Shown: positions 62,431-64,000 of the stretch, in pieces
How the letters are laid out: every line of letters begins with the position of its first letter
How positions within the stretch are numbered: position 1 is the stretch's first letter
NCBI GenBank assembly: GCA_964199315.1
Contig: OZ116709.1
Span: 20,832,001-20,896,000, forward strand
DNA: 64,000 nt
Reading direction: 5' to 3'
Source: Orbicella franksi
Taxonomy: Eukaryota
The notes under the pieces: generated by a model
Seen by the model: only the letters and a program-made list of their open reading frames with translations
Told to the model about the DNA's origin: nothing
Databases searched by the model: none
Program-made: the position numbers and the translations under genes

Positions 62431-63029
62431 TAAGGATGTACTTAAGTATCAATGGCACTGTACCATTATCAACCCCCTTCAAACGGTTTTAAGATTAGCA
62501 AAAAGGAACTTCACGGGTTTGAAGGTAGTGGAAGCTACTCTAGATCGTGATATTCATGTAATAGTTAATTTTTCATTGAAAGACGGTTTTGTCTTTTTTA
62601 AGGTTGATTAGGTATTCACAGTGTTTTAATCTATATGCAAATTACGTTTACGGAATTGTTACTAAATTGAGCCAAAAGGCCTGAGAAGTGAAATATTTTT
62701 TTTATAACTGTATTTTCATTATTAGTAGTGTACATTTGGTTTACCCGATATACAAGGGTATAGAATTTTGTATTTTACAGTTTTCATGTTTATACTGAAT
62801 GTTAACATATCGTAACTCTTAATTCCGCAAAATAAGTTCATGTAGGCTTTTAGAAATTGCATAGGGTACCTTGAGTCCCTTTAATATAAAAACCCATGGT
62901 ATATTACGTAGTTGCAAGTCACGTTAGTTAAGGAACAAACTTGACTTGACTTCCATTTTGGTCTAACTATTTTTAATGCTGCGATAAGTTAACTGGGATA
63001 ATTTAGACTTTGGCACAACTCACATTTTG

Positions 63030-63965
63030 TTTTGGTAATGTTGTCATGTCACGCTCCGTCAATACGTGCTTACAAATTGATTTCGGTTATTACACTCGAG
63101 AACATCGCGTCTACAGAAACATTTCGTGAAACATGTTACCGTAAAGGTTCCTCAAGTTTAAAAGCCAATGGTAGTAGAGGGTCTTACTGCAGACCGAATC
63201 GAATCATGGTGGCAGCCACGTCGATAACAACTAACCGCAGAGGGCAATATAACACAAGTCTACAGAACAATAGTTTCATGAGACACTCTGCTGCCCTCAG
63301 TCAGCTCTCTTCCCAGTCAGTCCAGTCATCAAAGCAGCGGTGATTGTTACACTTAAGATGGCTTTGATTGTTTGCTTTATCTCGGCAAAGTTCTCTCTCA
63401 GAAAGACAACTATATAGCTCAGATGTAGTTTGGTGTAGGCTTCAAAGTTGACCTCTGATTTCCAGTACTTCGTGCTCGTAGCTTCCATCTCGTGATTTAA
63501 ATTCAAGTTCCACTCGTTCGCTTCCTGATCGAGTCGGAAGCCGCCAATGACTGGCGACCAATCTTGCTCCAATGCAAAATTGACCATAACTCGCTAGAGT
63601 ATTGGCTTGAGATGGGAGAAACTCAGAAACAAAGCTCACCTCTGAAGCATCGCCGTCTCATCCAGTAATAAATGTCGACGCGGTCAAAATTGCAAACTTC
63701 CCGCGGGGCGAAAGCAGAGGAGGAATGTCAATTTTTTACGCGTTTGGTGCCTGACCTGAAGTGAGAAATTATTTCTCGCAAGCCTCAAATGCAGGGCTTA
63801 AAGTCTCGCATGAGCTATTTAGCACGAGTCATAATGCTAACGTTACTGTCGGATGAATACAGCGTAAACAGTCCCTTAGTACGTGCATGCATCCCTCCAT
63901 CAACCAGCATCCTTGGCCGTCTAGCTTGTGCCATTCGTTCTTCCTTCGATGCATCAAAGACGTTT
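63030..63965 (-). pseudogene. Heavily decayed NLR-like gene 8 (HEPN + start of STAND)
   Basis: Remnants read by hand: FDAS..MLVDGG..HVLR, DQEANEWNL (linker), VLYCPLR..DVAATMI and DVLE..R..F, with many stops and frameshifts. Confidence 0.65.
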
Positions 63966-64000
63966 CTTTTTTGCGCCGTCAAAATTAAACACAGCCTGGA

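Overview
Animal (eukaryotic) genomic DNA. The gene content and repeats look like a stony coral; this assignment is inference. The left 14 kb holds nested DNA-transposon remnants, a 5'-truncated Penelope retroelement with hammerhead ribozymes, an atypical bHLH gene and a neurensin-like gene. From about 19 to 64 kb lies a cluster of eight NLR-like genes and pseudogenes, each with one long coding exon: DZIP3-type HEPN domain (intact RxxxxH motif) + STAND P-loop NTPase (NB-ARC-like) + TPR-like helical repeats. The main observation concerns two members (19.4-22.4 kb and 34.2-36.9 kb). Each ends in a phase-1 GT donor followed by six phase-compatible, stop-free exons, the last four encoding the C-terminal (W2/HEAT-3) part of eIF4G. 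This predicts a HEPN-STAND-TPR-eIF4G(W2) fusion, resembling a plant NLR with an integrated domain. The link stayed in frame through independent rearrangements in both copies. Most members carry ISRE/IRF-element-like GAAACTGAAA motifs upstream, and two members sit head-to-head. All splice models were read by eye and need RNA evidence.
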